Of a stretch of DNA of 64,000 nt, positions 26,345-38,726 are shown in pieces (position 1 is the stretch's first letter; the number at the start of each line of letters is the position of its first letter). The notes beneath the pieces were generated by a model, which worked only from the letters and a program-made list of their open reading frames with translations, made no database searches and was not told the DNA's origin. The DNA comes from Takakia lepidozioides (lineage: Eukaryota > Plantae > Bryophyta): NCBI GenBank assembly GCA_030704615.1, contig CM060734.1, positions 23,808,001 to 23,872,000 on the forward strand. The letters are read 5' to 3'. The position numbers and the translations under genes are program-made.

Positions 26345-27300
26345 ATTTGCCTTCTGGACTTGTTTGGCGGGATCAGCACCGGATTGGCTGTTGTGCTAAA
26401 GGCAGGTGTACAAGTTCGGCGTTACTTGTATGTGGAGAGGGATGAGACTACACGACGCGTCTCCCTATGCCATGTTGCTCAGTTGGTGCAGCAGTACCAT
26501 AAGCTATTGCCGGTGTCTGCAGTTCATGGATATCAACAGGCCTTGCCAGCAGACATTTCTTTGCTGGGGGCGTATGATTTGGAGCGGGTTGGCTCCATTG
26601 ATTTGGTAGTGGCAGGTTGGCCTTGCCAAGGGCATTCATCAGCCGGGCATGGCAATGGATTGCGAGACTCGAGGTCGGGTCTGTTTTGGGAGATAGAGCG
26701 GGTTTTGCGCCACTTCCAGCTTCATCAAGCTGTATCTCCAGCATACATCTTGGAGAACGTACCACTGATGGCTGATTCTCGGGCCAGGGTGATGGCCAGT
26801 GTGCATCAAGTCCGGTCGTGGCTTGGGTTAGCAGTATTGCTAGATGCAGCTGCAGTGGGGTCACGGGCTCATCATCCACGGCTATGGTGAACTAACTTGA
26901 TGTCACCCGCACTACTCAAGCGTGCATTTGATGGGGTGCAGCAACCAGCACACCTCACAGTGGATAGCATTTTGGACACAGGGAGGCAGTCTCAGCGTGT
27001 GAGACACGATGACTGTTCGCCTTTGGCAGTGGTCAACAAGGTGGGTCAACCACGTGCAACACTACCTACACTGCTCAGCTTCCCAGGATCACATGCTTTC
27101 CGAGATAGTGGACCTGGCCTCCTATGGGATGCTCAGTTGCAGCAGGTAGTGGAGCCTAATGCTGATGAAAGTGAGCGGGCGATGGGTTTTTTCACTGGGA
27201 CCACGACGGTGCCTTCTCTTTTTGAGGCATCACGTCGTCGGGTGTTGAGGCAAGCGATGGATCTCAATTGCTTGACCTGGATTATCAGTTTGACTATGGC
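26345..27300 (+). pseudogene. DNMT3-like C5-cytosine DNA methyltransferase domain (copy 1; one stop at 26888-26890)
   Basis: Motif I LDLFGGISTG, II YVERD, IV DLVVAGWPCQGHS, VI YILENV, VIII DAAAVGSRAHHPRLW*TNL, IX ESERAMGF, X RRRVLRQAMDLN. Confidence 0.92.
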
Positions 27301-28191
27301 TGAGCAATGTAGAGTGCGGAGTGCACTTCCCCTGATGGTCTCTCTGCCTACCGAGACGGTACAGGCAGTGAGTGGGGGCGAGCAAGTGAGGACCACGGGG
27401 TGCACACATCCATTGTCGCGGCCCTTTGCCTTGAGGGCAGGGGGTCGGGACACATGAGGGGCTGCCCCTGTGGTGGGGGCAGCGGCGGCGATAGGTATGG
27501 GGGGCTGAAGCACCCTTGGTGCCCAAGGCACTCAAGGAGGCGGAGGCGCTCACTAGGTGGAGCCCCGCACACCGGGTTGCGGTGGAGGTGGCTCCACAAG
27601 GGGTGGTGGTAGCTTAGTGGGACTTAGTGGGGGTGGCATAGGACTCACCATGGGGTGGAGACCTCGAGGTGGGAGTCGTGGGGAGTCTTGGGACTCATCA
27701 CGGTCCATTGGGGCCGCGGTGAGTGGGCCAAGACTCACCGCGACTCACCACCGGGAGTCGAGGGTTTTCGTGGTGGTTCGCCATAAAATGGCATGGCTGG
27801 TTATGAAACCCCCGCGGACAGCTACAGAAGTATATATAGGGAGTAGTAACCCCGAGAACGGTGCAAGCCCGTTGGTGACCAAAAACTAGTGAGTAAGCGA
27901 GCGAGCCGGAAAGCGACCAAAGAGTGGGGAGCTGTTCCGGACTGCCATCTACCAAAGGGAATTCTCCTAGTCCCAAATAGGTGGAGGGTTTAGAGGGAAG
28001 CGGAAGGGGACCGTTATGTCCCGGTGAGCAGCCGAAACTCCAAGTTGGCCCGGCGGCCAGGTTGGGAGTCAGGCGCGCGCATCAAAGCGAGTAACTATGA
28101 CTTGAAGGGGAGTTTACCGAATCGAGGTGTGCGACATTTGGTATCAGAGCTTAGAGTTCAGTACGCGATCGTCCTTGGGATTGGCCTCATC

Positions 28192-31100
28192 ATGGGGTCG
28201 GGCAAGCCGAAGCGAAAGCGGAACGGCCCAAAAGATGATGACCCCGGTGAGCCCGATGGGGGCGACGTGTCACCGAGGCGGCCGTTTGAGGAAGCGATTA
28301 ATGTTTCCGAAAACGAGGCCGCTCAGGAGCGGGAGGAATCCGAGGAGTCGGAGCCCGAGGAATCTTTGAGAGCTCCGACAAACCAGAGATGCCTCCCATG
28401 CCGGCAGCCTTTTGGGAAGGGTTGTTGGCGCAGTTTGGCGGGACGTTGAAAGACGTGTTGAAGGCGGCTAATGCCACTTCCACCAAGGCAAAGTTTAAGG
28501 TGAAGCCTAAGGAACCCGGCACCTTCGAGGGCGTTCGAAACCGGAAGGCACTCAACACCTGGCTCCTGGAGCTAGAGCAGTACTTCCGGGCGGCCAAGTT
28601 GAGTGACGAGGATCGGGTGGAAGTGGCTCCCACCTATTTGAGGGGCTATGCTCAACAATGGTGGCAGAAACGCCTTCACGACCGAGGCCCAAGCCCGGAA
28701 ACCTTGAACTGGAGTGAGTTCAAGGAATTGATGAAGAGACAGTTTGTGCCCCTCAACGCATCCTGGCTTGCCCGGGACAAGATGAGGAATTTGAAGCAAA
28801 CAGATGACATTCGGGGGTATGTCCAGGCTTTCAATGTGCTGTTGCTCGAAGTCGCGGACATGGCAGAACCAGAAATGGTCTTCAACTTTGTGGCGGGACT
28901 GGCCCCATGGGCTAGGCGGAAGTTGGAGGAGAAGCCACCCAAGACTTTGAACGAGGCAATTGAGAGAGCTGAATGTTTCTCGGATGTCCCTAGGGGTGAG
29001 AGACAAGGCCGTACGGAGCTGAACCACAAGAAGACCCGGCGGAAGGTGACTCCTCCCGACCGGAAAAGAAGTGGGATAGGCCACGCGGCGAAATGGCACG
29101 TGGAAATCGAAGGGAGGTCCCTTACACGTCAAGGCGGCACCCGGTGCTTCGAAAGGAAAAGCGGGTGGAGCGACTTATGGCGGACAGAAGGCGACCTTTG
29201 ATGGAGTGTGTTTCAATTGCGGGGAGCCCGGGCACATGGCCAAGAAGTGCACGAAGCCCCGGCAATTGAACATGACTCGGGCGACCACGGAGCTGTCGGA
29301 AGATACCATCAGTCGCTTGGTGGAAGCGGTGGTCGCCAGGACTTGCAAGGTAGGCAAATTTTCTTGTGAGTTGTATCAGGAAACTGGCGCCTTACGAAAA
29401 GGGAGTCAGTTATTGTTCGTGGATGGGATAATATCCGGAACTAATGTGTCGTTGTTGGTGGACACAGGAGCGTCGCACTCCTTCATGACGCCGGCGGCGG
29501 CGCGAAAGTTGGGACTCCCGACAAGTGACGTGGGGGCCTCTATTGAGGTGCGCTCTGCCAAAGGAGAACCTCAGTTGGCGACAAGGTTGGCGTTTGATGT
29601 TCCTCTTCAACTGGGGAGTTGGGAGGGACGTGAGAACTTCACTATCTGCGAGATCGATGGAGTGGATCTCATTTTGGGAATGACCTTTTTGAGCAAATCC
29701 GGAGCGGTCATAGATGGCCGCAAGAGAGTAGTCACGCTGCCATGTGGGAATGGTGGCGAGGTTTTACGAGTGTCGGAAACGCCCAAATCCGTGGGAGGGC
29801 GAATAAACCTTCTATCAGCAAGGAGTGGGCCGTGGAGGAGACACACGAGTCCCAGTTTTTGCTTTACATTAGAGAAGTGAAAGGAGAAGGCGATGGGGAG
29901 CCGAGCCCAGATTGGATCAAGGGGATTTTGGAGAAATACCAGGATGTGATGCCGGAGGATTTACCAAGCGGCTTGCCACCGCGAAGAGGAGTTGACCACA
30001 AAATTGAGGTGATACCGGGATCGGAACCGCCTGCCAAGGCGCCCTACCGGTTGAGCCACAAAGAGTTGGTCGAGCTGAAGACTCAGCTCAAAGATCTAAT
30101 GTCAAAGGGGTACATCCGGCCGAGTAAGTCACCTTACGGAGCCCCGGTGCTATTTGCAGACAAGAAGGATGGGACGCTGCGGATGTGTGTCGATTACAGG
30201 GCTCTGAATAAGGTGACTATCAAAAACCGGTACCCTTTGCCAAGGATCGACGACCTCTTCGATCGGTTGGCAGGAGCGAAGTATTTCAGCCGGATCGACT
30301 TGCGCTCCGGCTATCACCAAATTCGGGTGGCGGAAGGAGATGAGGAGAAGACCGCGTGCAGGACAAGGTATGGTTCATATGAGTTCTTGGTGATGCCTTT
30401 TGGGCTCACCAATGCACCAGCGACATTTAGCACGCTGATGAACAGCCTTTTCCAGGAGTGGTTGGATGACTTTGTGATCGTGTACATCGACGACATCTTG
30501 GTGTACTCGAAAACAAAGGAGGAGCACCTGGAGCACCTCAAAAGGGTGTTCCAAAAATTGCGAGAAGGGAAGCTGTATGCCAAAGCTTCAAAGTGCGAAT
30601 TCGGGGTCACAAAAGTGGAGTTCTTGGGGCACGTGATTACACAGGATGGGATCAAAATGGATGACAGAAAGGTGAGGGCGATCTTGGACTGGGAGCCTCC
30701 GACTTCGGTCCCGGGAGTGCGATCCTTCCTAGGACTCGCCTCCTATTACCGGAAGTATGTGAGAAATTTCGCCAAGATCGCGGGGCCGCTGTCGGACCTT
30801 CTGTGTAAATCCAAAGTCTGGGTATGGAACACATTTTGTGGCCAAGCTTTTGCTGAATTGAAGCAGCGGATGACGGAAGCTCCAGTCTTAAAAATCCCGG
30901 AGTTCGATCGTCCGTTTGAGATTCATACAGATGCATCGGACTTCGCAATTGGGGGTGTACTTATGCAAGATGGACGTCCAGTGGCTTACGAAAGTAAGAA
31001 ACTGAATGAAGTGGAGCGACGGTGGCCGACGCACGAAAAAGAGATGAAGGCGGTGGTACATTGCCTTGAACTCTGGCGCCACTATGTTGGTTCCAACCCA

Positions 31101-32805
31101 GTGAAGGTGTTCACGGACAATGTCACGGTGAAGTTTTTGCCACGCAGCCCAAGTTGTCCCCAAAACAACTTAGGTGGCAAGATACTTTGGCAGTGTTCGA
31201 CGTGGATATCCAGTACAAACCGGGACGGGACAATGTGGTGGCCGATGCTTTAAGTAGAAAGCAGCAGCTCTTGTTGGTGTACAAGGGCGAGACGGCGCTC
31301 CAAAGGAAGATCCGGAAGGCTTGCCGGAAGGATGAGCTGGCAAAGTGCGTGATGCAGAACTTGAGAATGGGGGTTAAATCGCAGTTCCACTTGCAAAACG
31401 GACTGCTCCGGTATAAGCAAAAACGTCTCTATGTGCCAAAGGGAGGGATCAGGATAGTCTCTTGAGAGAATGCCATGATAGCCCGCTTGCGGGCCACGGT
31501 GGAGCCAAGCGCACTGCGGCACTCTTGAAGAAAGAGTATTTCTGGCCCAAACTGAGGGAGGAGGCAGAGGAGTATGTAAAGACATGCACCACATGCCAAC
31601 AAAACCGGAGCGAGTATAAAAAGCAAGCGGGGCTGTTACAACCCTTGCCGATTCCAGAGGGGACTTGGGAAAGCGTCTCGATGGATTTCATGACTGCTAT
31701 GCCGCTGTCAAAAGGATTCGATGCAATCATGGTGGTGGTAGATAGGTTCAGTAAAATGGCCCATTTCATCCCCACCAAGGAGACGGCAACTGCGCAGGAG
31801 ACAGGGCGACTTTACTTCGCCCACGTCTTAAAGCATCATGGAGTCCCGAAGGATATTGTCTCGGACCGCGACCCAAAGTTTACGAGTAAATTCTGGAGAG
31901 CACTTTGGAAGAAGATGGGGACGAGGCTGAAGATGAGCACCGCCTTCCGACCTACGACGGACGGCCAAACGGAAAGAGTGAATTCCGTAGTGAAGCAATT
32001 CTTGCGGAATTACGTGTCGGCAGACCAATCAGACTGGATGGAACACTTAGACGCGGCAGAGTTCTGTTATAATAACACAGAACACTCCGCGACGGGAGTT
32101 TCCCCTTTTGTGTTGGTCTATGGAAAAGCACCTCTGGTGCCGACAAGTTGGGCTGCCCAGGACGTTGAGGAACCGGCAGTAGCGGCGGTACTGGAAGAAC
32201 GCGAGCGTTTGTTGAAGCTCGCAAAGTACAACATTGCCAAAGCTAGGAAACGGTATGAAAGGCAGGCGAATCGGAAGCGGAGGGAAGTGAAGTTTGAGGC
32301 AGGCACAGAGGTCTGGTTGAACATCAAGAATTTTCGACTACCTCCGGAAATGAGTCCGAAGTTCGTACCTCCGTATGCGGGTCCCTTTCGCATTCGGAGG
32401 GTTATGAATGAGGATGTGTATGAATTGGAGCTGCCAGCAAACAGCAAGGTGCACCCAGTATTCCATGTCTCCCTTTTGAAGCCTTACTTCAAAGATGAAG
32501 CACGTCCGAATCGGCATCAAGTGTTGCGTCCGCCACCTATGCTGTTGGATCATGAAAATGAACCCGAGTACGAGGTGGAGGCAATACTTAAGTCGAGGAG
32601 GTTCAAGAACCGAGAAACGGAGTATCTCGTCAAATGGAAGGGCTATCATCTTGTGGAGGCATCTTGGGTGCGTGCCTCAGAAATGGGAAACGCATCCGAG
32701 GCGTTGCAGCAGCGTTCGAAGGGCGACCTCAAAAGCGGAAGAAGCGTTGATGGGGACATCAACCTTGGAGCGTGGGGGAGGAAATGCATGCTTAGCCCGG
32801 TTTAG
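28192..32805 (+). pseudogene. Chromovirus gag-pol (Gag CCHC, PR, RT, RNase H, integrase, chromodomain) with a few frameshifts
   Basis: [14 protein letters not shown]; LVDTGAS; YIDD; TDASD; HHCC and SMDF/SDRD/GQTER; GPF; chromodomain YEVEAIL..EYLVKWKGY..SW. Confidence 0.95.
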
Positions 32806-33155
32806 CTAGCTCAGGAATCCGATTGCAAAAACTTGTATTGTACAAAAATTTGTTATATAAGGAAATGGGTTCCAAATATTGTGCGTCCTATTGTGTTTGG
32901 AATGGTGATGCATGGTGTGGTTGGCTGGTGTGTAGAATGCATGCTAGCTTACAAAAGTGGGAGAGGTAAATTGGGTTAATCGTGTGTTTGCGCAGTGCCG
33001 AAATCGGGTGACTCCCATCCAAGGGGCAAGGAAACTTGCGCCTATTTGGGAGTTCACGTGCTAGTGCGCACCTGGCGCGTGCGCGTACTATAACTGCGCT
33101 ACCGAGGGGGTTGCCTTGTTGTACGCGGAAGCTGCGGCTTCCGTTAACGCGGAAG

Positions 33156-33287
33156 TAGTGCGGCTTCGGCGTGTTCCCGTACCTCAGGCCAGCATTCCAA
33201 GGCGGACCCAATTGTAGTGATTAGTGCGGCTTCGGCGTGTTCCCGTACCTCAGGCCAGCATTCCAAGGCGGACCCAATTGTAGTGAT
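33156..33287 (+). repeat. Perfect 66-bp tandem duplication in the chromovirus 3' region
   Basis: TAGTGCGGCTTCGGCGTG...AATTGTAGTGAT at 33156-33221 and 33222-33287. Confidence 0.9.
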
Positions 33288-35393
33288 TGGGGCGCACGGT
33301 TGGTTCAAGGTTATCTTCCTAGTCAAAGAGGGTTCCAGGTGAACCCTTGCTCAAGGTGATGCCAAAAGCGGCATCATGAGCGATCGCAAGCAATGTTGTT
33401 GCAGTAAGGCGATTCGATCCTCGGGGAGGATCGTTCCTTGGCCTTGAAGTAGGCCAAGAAGAGTGCACTGGGAGGAGCTGGAGAGGCTCCACCCTTGGCC
33501 GGGACTTGGAGGAAGTCGGCCGAACAGCTAAGGGAGGATGGAGTCAAGGTGGGGTTTGTTCTTGCCATGGGACGCCATGGTACGAAAACAAAACTCCTGA
33601 TGTGGGACGCCCCAACTTGGATGTTCGTTTCTACAAAATGGACAGTCGATGAGGACATCGACTCCCTGTTGGTAGGGTGTGTGTCGCGGCCCTTGCCTTG
33701 AGGGCAGGGGGTCGGGACACATGAGGGGCTGCCCCTGTGGTGGGGGCAGCGGCGGCGATAGGTATGGGGGGCTGAAGCACCTTGAGTGCCCAAAGGCACT
33801 CAGGAGGCGGAGGGCGCTCACTAGGTGGAGCCCCGCACACCGGGTTGAGGTGGAGGTGGCTCCACAAGGGGTGGTGGTAGCTTAGTGGACTTAGTGGGGG
33901 TGGCATAGGACTCACATGGGTGGTGGGGTGGAGACCTCGAGGGGGAGTCGTGGGGAGTCTTGGGACTCATCACGGTCCATTGGGGCCGCGGGAGTGGGCC
34001 AAGACTCACCGCGACTCACCACGGGAGTCGAGGGTTTTCGTGGTGGTTCGCCATAAAATGGCATGGCTGGTTATGAAACCCCCGGCGGACAGCTACAGAA
34101 GTATATATAGGGAGTAGTAACCCCGAGAACGGTGCAAGCCCGTTGGTGACCAAAAACAGTGAGTAAGCGAGCGAGCCGGAAAGCGACCAAAGAGTGCGGA
34201 GCGGGAGCTGTCCGGACTGCCATCTACCAAAGGGAATTCTCCTAGTCCAAATAGGTGGAGGGTTTAGAGGGAAGCGGAGGGGACCGTTTATGTCCCGGTG
34301 AGCAGCCGAAACTCCAAGTTGGCCCGGCGGCCAGGTTGGGAGTCAGGCGCGCGCATCAAAGCGAGTAACTATGACTTGAAGGGGAGTTTACCGAATCGAG
34401 GTGTGCGACATCCATGGCACACGTGGGAGGTGCTCGAGGTTCAGAGGGAGTTGGCAGTCAAGGCGGCGGCGGCGAGGGATGAGGTTGGATTCTTCTCAGG
34501 TTGAGGAGGTCCTTAAAGATGAGATGATGGGGCAGGATGAGGCCTTGTCATTGACAGAGCAGGCAGTGGGCACTGCTCAAGAGGGTGCAGCATAACAACC
34601 ACAGGATGCGTCTCCTACCTCTAAGTCTGCTGGACTTAAGGTTGCAGTTACGGAGGACAATTGGAGCCTGACATTGGACCCATTGTCATCAGAGGAGAGA
34701 GACGACGTATATGGCAGTTCCTGAGGGCTTACATGAATTGCTTTGCCTCTCGTGCTACGGTGGAGGAGCATGAGAGACATGTTCAGGTGGTGCATCGACC
34801 GGGTTTGGTCAATCGGGATGCAGATGGATTGAGTCGCAATCCATGCACGAGCCAACAGGATGACATTGGAGCTCGGTGGCATGGTGAGACGGACGAGGAG
34901 ATGGTGTCGGGATAGCATGCATCTGCCTTTTTGTGTATCTTGGCATCGGGAGGTCAGGTTGGACCTACAACGGGGATGACTGTAGACGGAGTGTCTGAGG
35001 ACCCTGAGGCTAGTGAGGAGTCAGGTGGTGCCAGAGTACATATGGATTCGGCTGTGTTGGACTACCTCCGTACTGGAGACACGACAGCCACTGTGACTGC
35101 CAAGGAGAGGGATCGGATCCTGCAACGAGCCAAGAGATTCAAGTGGGAGGGGATACACCTGCTCCGAGTGTGGGAGGATGATCGGGTGAGGATTGTGCCT
35201 CACCCAACACAGCGTGCACAGTTAGTGCGGCATGCCCATGATGAGTTGGGGCATTTTGGAGTGCGACGCACTCACAGTTTATTGCTGGGGCAGTATTGGT
35301 GGCGTGGTATGCACACAGAGGTGCAACGGTTCATGGCTAGGTGCATGGTGTGTGACAGGGTGCGTGCTTCATTCAACGCCCCTACACCCCAGT

Positions 35394-38300
35394 TGTCGCG
35401 GCCCTTTGCCTTGAGGGCAGGGGGTCGGGACACGAGAGGGGCTGCCCTTGTGGTGGGGGCGGTGGCAACAATAGATGCGGGGGCTGAAGCACCCTTGAGT
35501 GCCCAAGGCACTCAAGGAGGCGGAGGCGCTCACTAAGTGGAGCCCCGCACACCGGGTTGCGGTGGGGGTGGTTCCACGAGGGGTGGTGGTAGCTTAGCGG
35601 GACTTAGTGGGGGTGGCATAAGACTCACCATGGGGCGGAGACCTTGTGGTGGGAGTCGTGGGGAGTCTTGGGACTCATCACGGTCCAATGGGGCCGTGGT
35701 GGGTGGGCCAAGACTCACCGCGACTCATCACCGGGAATCGAGGGTCTTCGTGGTGGTTCACCATAAAAGGATGGTGTTGTTTGTGGAACCCCCGCGGATA
35801 GTCACAGAAGTATATATAGGGAGTAGTAACCCCGAGAACTGTGCAAGCCCGTTGGTGACCAAAAACTAGTGAGTAAGCGTGCGAGCCGGAAAGCGACCAA
35901 GGAGTGGCGAGCTATTCCGGACTGCCATCTACCAAAGGGAATTTCCACTAGGCCCAAAGTGGGAGGGTCTGTTGGGGAAGTAAAGGGGGACCGTTATGTT
36001 CCGGTGAGCAGCCGAAGCCCTGAGTTGGCCCGGCGGCCAGGTTGGGAGTTAGGCGCGCGCATCAAAGCGAGTAACTATGACTTGAAGGGGAGCTTACCTA
36101 AGTGAGGTGCGCGACACTTGGTATCAGAGCTTAGAGTTCAGTACGCGATCGTCCTTGGGATCGGCCTCATCATGGGGTCGGGCAAGCCAAAGCAAAAGCG
36201 GAACGGCCTGAAAGATGATGATCCTGGTGAGCCCGATGGGGGCGACGTGTCCCCGAAGCGGCCATTTGAGGAAGCGATGCATGCTTTTGAAAGCGAGGCC
36301 GCTCAAGAACGGGAGGAATCTGAGGAGTCAGAGCCCAAGGAATTCCAGAGAGCTCCGACAGACCAACAGATGTCTCCCATGCCAGCAGCCTGTTGGGAAG
36401 GGTTGTTGGCGCAGTTTGGCGGGATGTTGAAAGACGTGTTGAAGGCGGCTAATGCCACTTCCACTAAGGCAAAGTTTAAGGTGAAGCCTAAGGAACCCGA
36501 CACCTTCGAGGGCGTCCGAAATCGGAAGGCACTCAACACCTGGCTCTTGGAGCTAGAGCAGTACTTCTGGGCGGCCAAGTTGAGTGACGAGGATCGGGTG
36601 GAAGTGGCTCCCACCTATTTGAGGGGCTATGCTCAACAATGGTGGCAGAAACGCCTTCACAACCGAGGTCCAAACCCGGAAACCTTGAACTGGAATTGGT
36701 TCAAGGAACTGATGAAGAGACAGTTTGTGCCCCTCAACGCATCCTGGCTCACCCGGGACAAAATGAGGAATCTGAAGCAAACGGATGACATTCAGGGATA
36801 TGTTCAGGCTTTCAATGTGTTGTTGCTCGAAGTCGCGGACATGGCAGAACCAGAAATGGTCTTCAACTTTGTGGCGGCATTGGCCCCATGGGCCAGACGG
36901 AAGTTGGAGGAGAAGCCACCTAAGACTTTGAACGAGGCAATTGAGAGAGCTGAATGTTTCTCAGATGTCCCTAGGGGCGAAAGACAAGGCCGTACGGAGC
37001 TGAACCACAAGAAGACCCGGCGGGAGGGTGACTCCTTTCGACCGGGATAGGCCACGCAGCGACAATGGCACGTGGAAATCGAAGGGAGGGCCTTCACACG
37101 CCAAGACGACACCCGGTGCTCCGAAAGGAAAATCAGGTGCGACGCCTTATGGCGGACAGAAGACAACCTTCGATGGAGTGTGCTTCAATTGTGGGGAGCC
37201 CGGGCACATGGCCAAAAAGTGTACGAATCCCAGACAATTGAACATGACTCGGGCAACCACGGAGTTGTCCGAAGCTTCCATCAGCCGCTTGGTGGAGGCG
37301 GTGGTCGCCAAGACTTGCAAGGTAGGCAACTACTCTTGTGAGTTGTATCAGGAAACTGGCGCATTGCGTAAAGGGAGTCAGTTAATGTTTGTGAGTGGGA
37401 TAATCTCCGGAACTAATGTGTCGTTGTTGGTGGACACAGGAGCATCGCACTCCTTCATGACACCGGCAACGGCACGGAAGCTGGGACTCCCAACAAGTGA
37501 TGTGGGGGCCTCTATTGAGGTGCGTTCTGCCAAAAAAGAACCACAATTGGCGACGAGGTTGGCGTTCGATGTTCCTCTTCAGCTCGGGAGTTGGGAGGGA
37601 CGTGAGAACTTCACCATTTGCGAGATTGATGGAGTGGATCTCATTTTGGGAATGACCTTCTTGAGCAAATCTGGAGCAGTCATAGATGGCCGCAAGAGAA
37701 TAGTCACGCTACCGTGTGGGAATGGTGGCAAAGTTTTAAGAGTGTCGGAAACGCCTAACCCAGTGGGAGGGCGAATAAACCTGTTGTCAGCAAAGGAGTG
37801 GGCCGTGGAGGAGCCACACGAGCCCCAGTTTTTGCTTTACATGAGACAAGTGAAGGGAGAAGGCGATAGGGAGCCGAGCCCAGATTGGATCAAGGGGATT
37901 TTGGAGAAATACCAGGATGTGATGCCGGAGGATTTACCAAGCGGCTTGCCACCGCGAAGAGGAGTTGACCACAAGATTGAGGTGATACCGGGATCGGAGC
38001 CGCCTGCCAAGGCGCCCTACCGGTTGAGCCACAGAGAGTTGGTCGAGCTGAAGACTCAGCTCAAAGATCTAATGTCAAAGGGGTACATCCGGCCGAGTAA
38101 GTCACCTTACGGAGCCCCGGTGCTATTCGCAGACAAGAAGGATGGGACGCTGCGGATGTGTGTCGATTACAAGGCTCTAAATAAGATGACTATCAAAAAC
38201 CGGTACCCTTTGCCAAGGATCGACGACCTCTTTGATCGGTTGGCAGGAGCGAAGTATTTCAGCCGGATTGATTTGCGCTCCGGCTACCATCAAATTCGAG

Positions 38301-38726
38301 TGGCGGAAGGAGATGAGGAGAAGACCGCATGCAGGACAAGATATGGTTCGTATGAGTTCTTGGTGATGCCTTTTAGGCTCACCAACGCACCCGCGACCTT
38401 TAGCACGCTAATGAACAGCCTTTTCCAGGAGTGGTTGGATGACTTTGTGATCATATACGACATACTGGTGTACTCGAAAACAAAGGAAGAGCACCTGGAG
38501 CACCTAAAAATGATGTTCCAGAAATTGCGGGAAGGGAAGTTGTATGCCAAAGCTTCAAAGTGCAAATTTGGGGTCACAAAAGTGGAGTTCCTGGGGCATG
38601 TGATTACACAGGATGGGATCAAAATGGATGACAGAAATGTGAGGGCGATTTTGGACTGGGAGCCTCCGACTTCGGTCCCGGGAGTGCGATCATTCCTAGG
38701 ACTCGCCTCCTATTACCGAAAGTATG
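35394..38726 (+). mobile_element. Second chromovirus copy: 5' LTR (35394-36116), PBS, gag, PR, RT; 3'-truncated
   Basis: LTR homologous to 27414-28136; PBS 36119-36130; ORFs 36118-37050 and 37028-38740. Homology stops after YYRKY(V). Confidence 0.95.

Larger units (their letters stand above)
27414..34410 (+). mobile_element. Full-length chromovirus (Ty3/gypsy) with both LTRs and TSD
   Basis: LTRs 27414-28136 and 33682-34410 (TGTCGC...GCGACA). 5-bp TSD TCCAT at 27409-27413 and 34411-34415. PBS TGGTATCAGAGC at 28139-28150. Confidence 0.97.
23822..35393 (+). mobile_element. DNMT-encoding Ty3/gypsy LTR retrotransposon, copy 1 (interrupted by a chromovirus at 27414-34410, truncated at 35393)
   Basis: Short LTR remnant 23822-23933 (..GCCGCAACA); gag ~24009-25080; protease LLDSGAQ and YDVLVG; C5-MTase; RT/RH mostly deleted; integrase HHCC (HAHDELGH..CMVC). 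Colinear with copy 2. Confidence 0.9.

Noticed and set aside
26345-27300. Host DNMT3/DRM gene or bacterial restriction-modification contamination
   Set aside because: Intronless, in frame between protease and RT in two copies, with no PWWP/UBA domain and no endonuclease partner.
27414-28136. Short ORFs in LTRs and antisense to gag-pol
   Set aside because: GC-rich shadow ORFs with no motifs.
28192-34410. Frameshifts read as programmed frameshifting or as proof the chromovirus is dead
   Set aside because: Mostly single-base indels, also seen between its two LTRs. They may be sequencing or assembly errors and cannot be resolved here.
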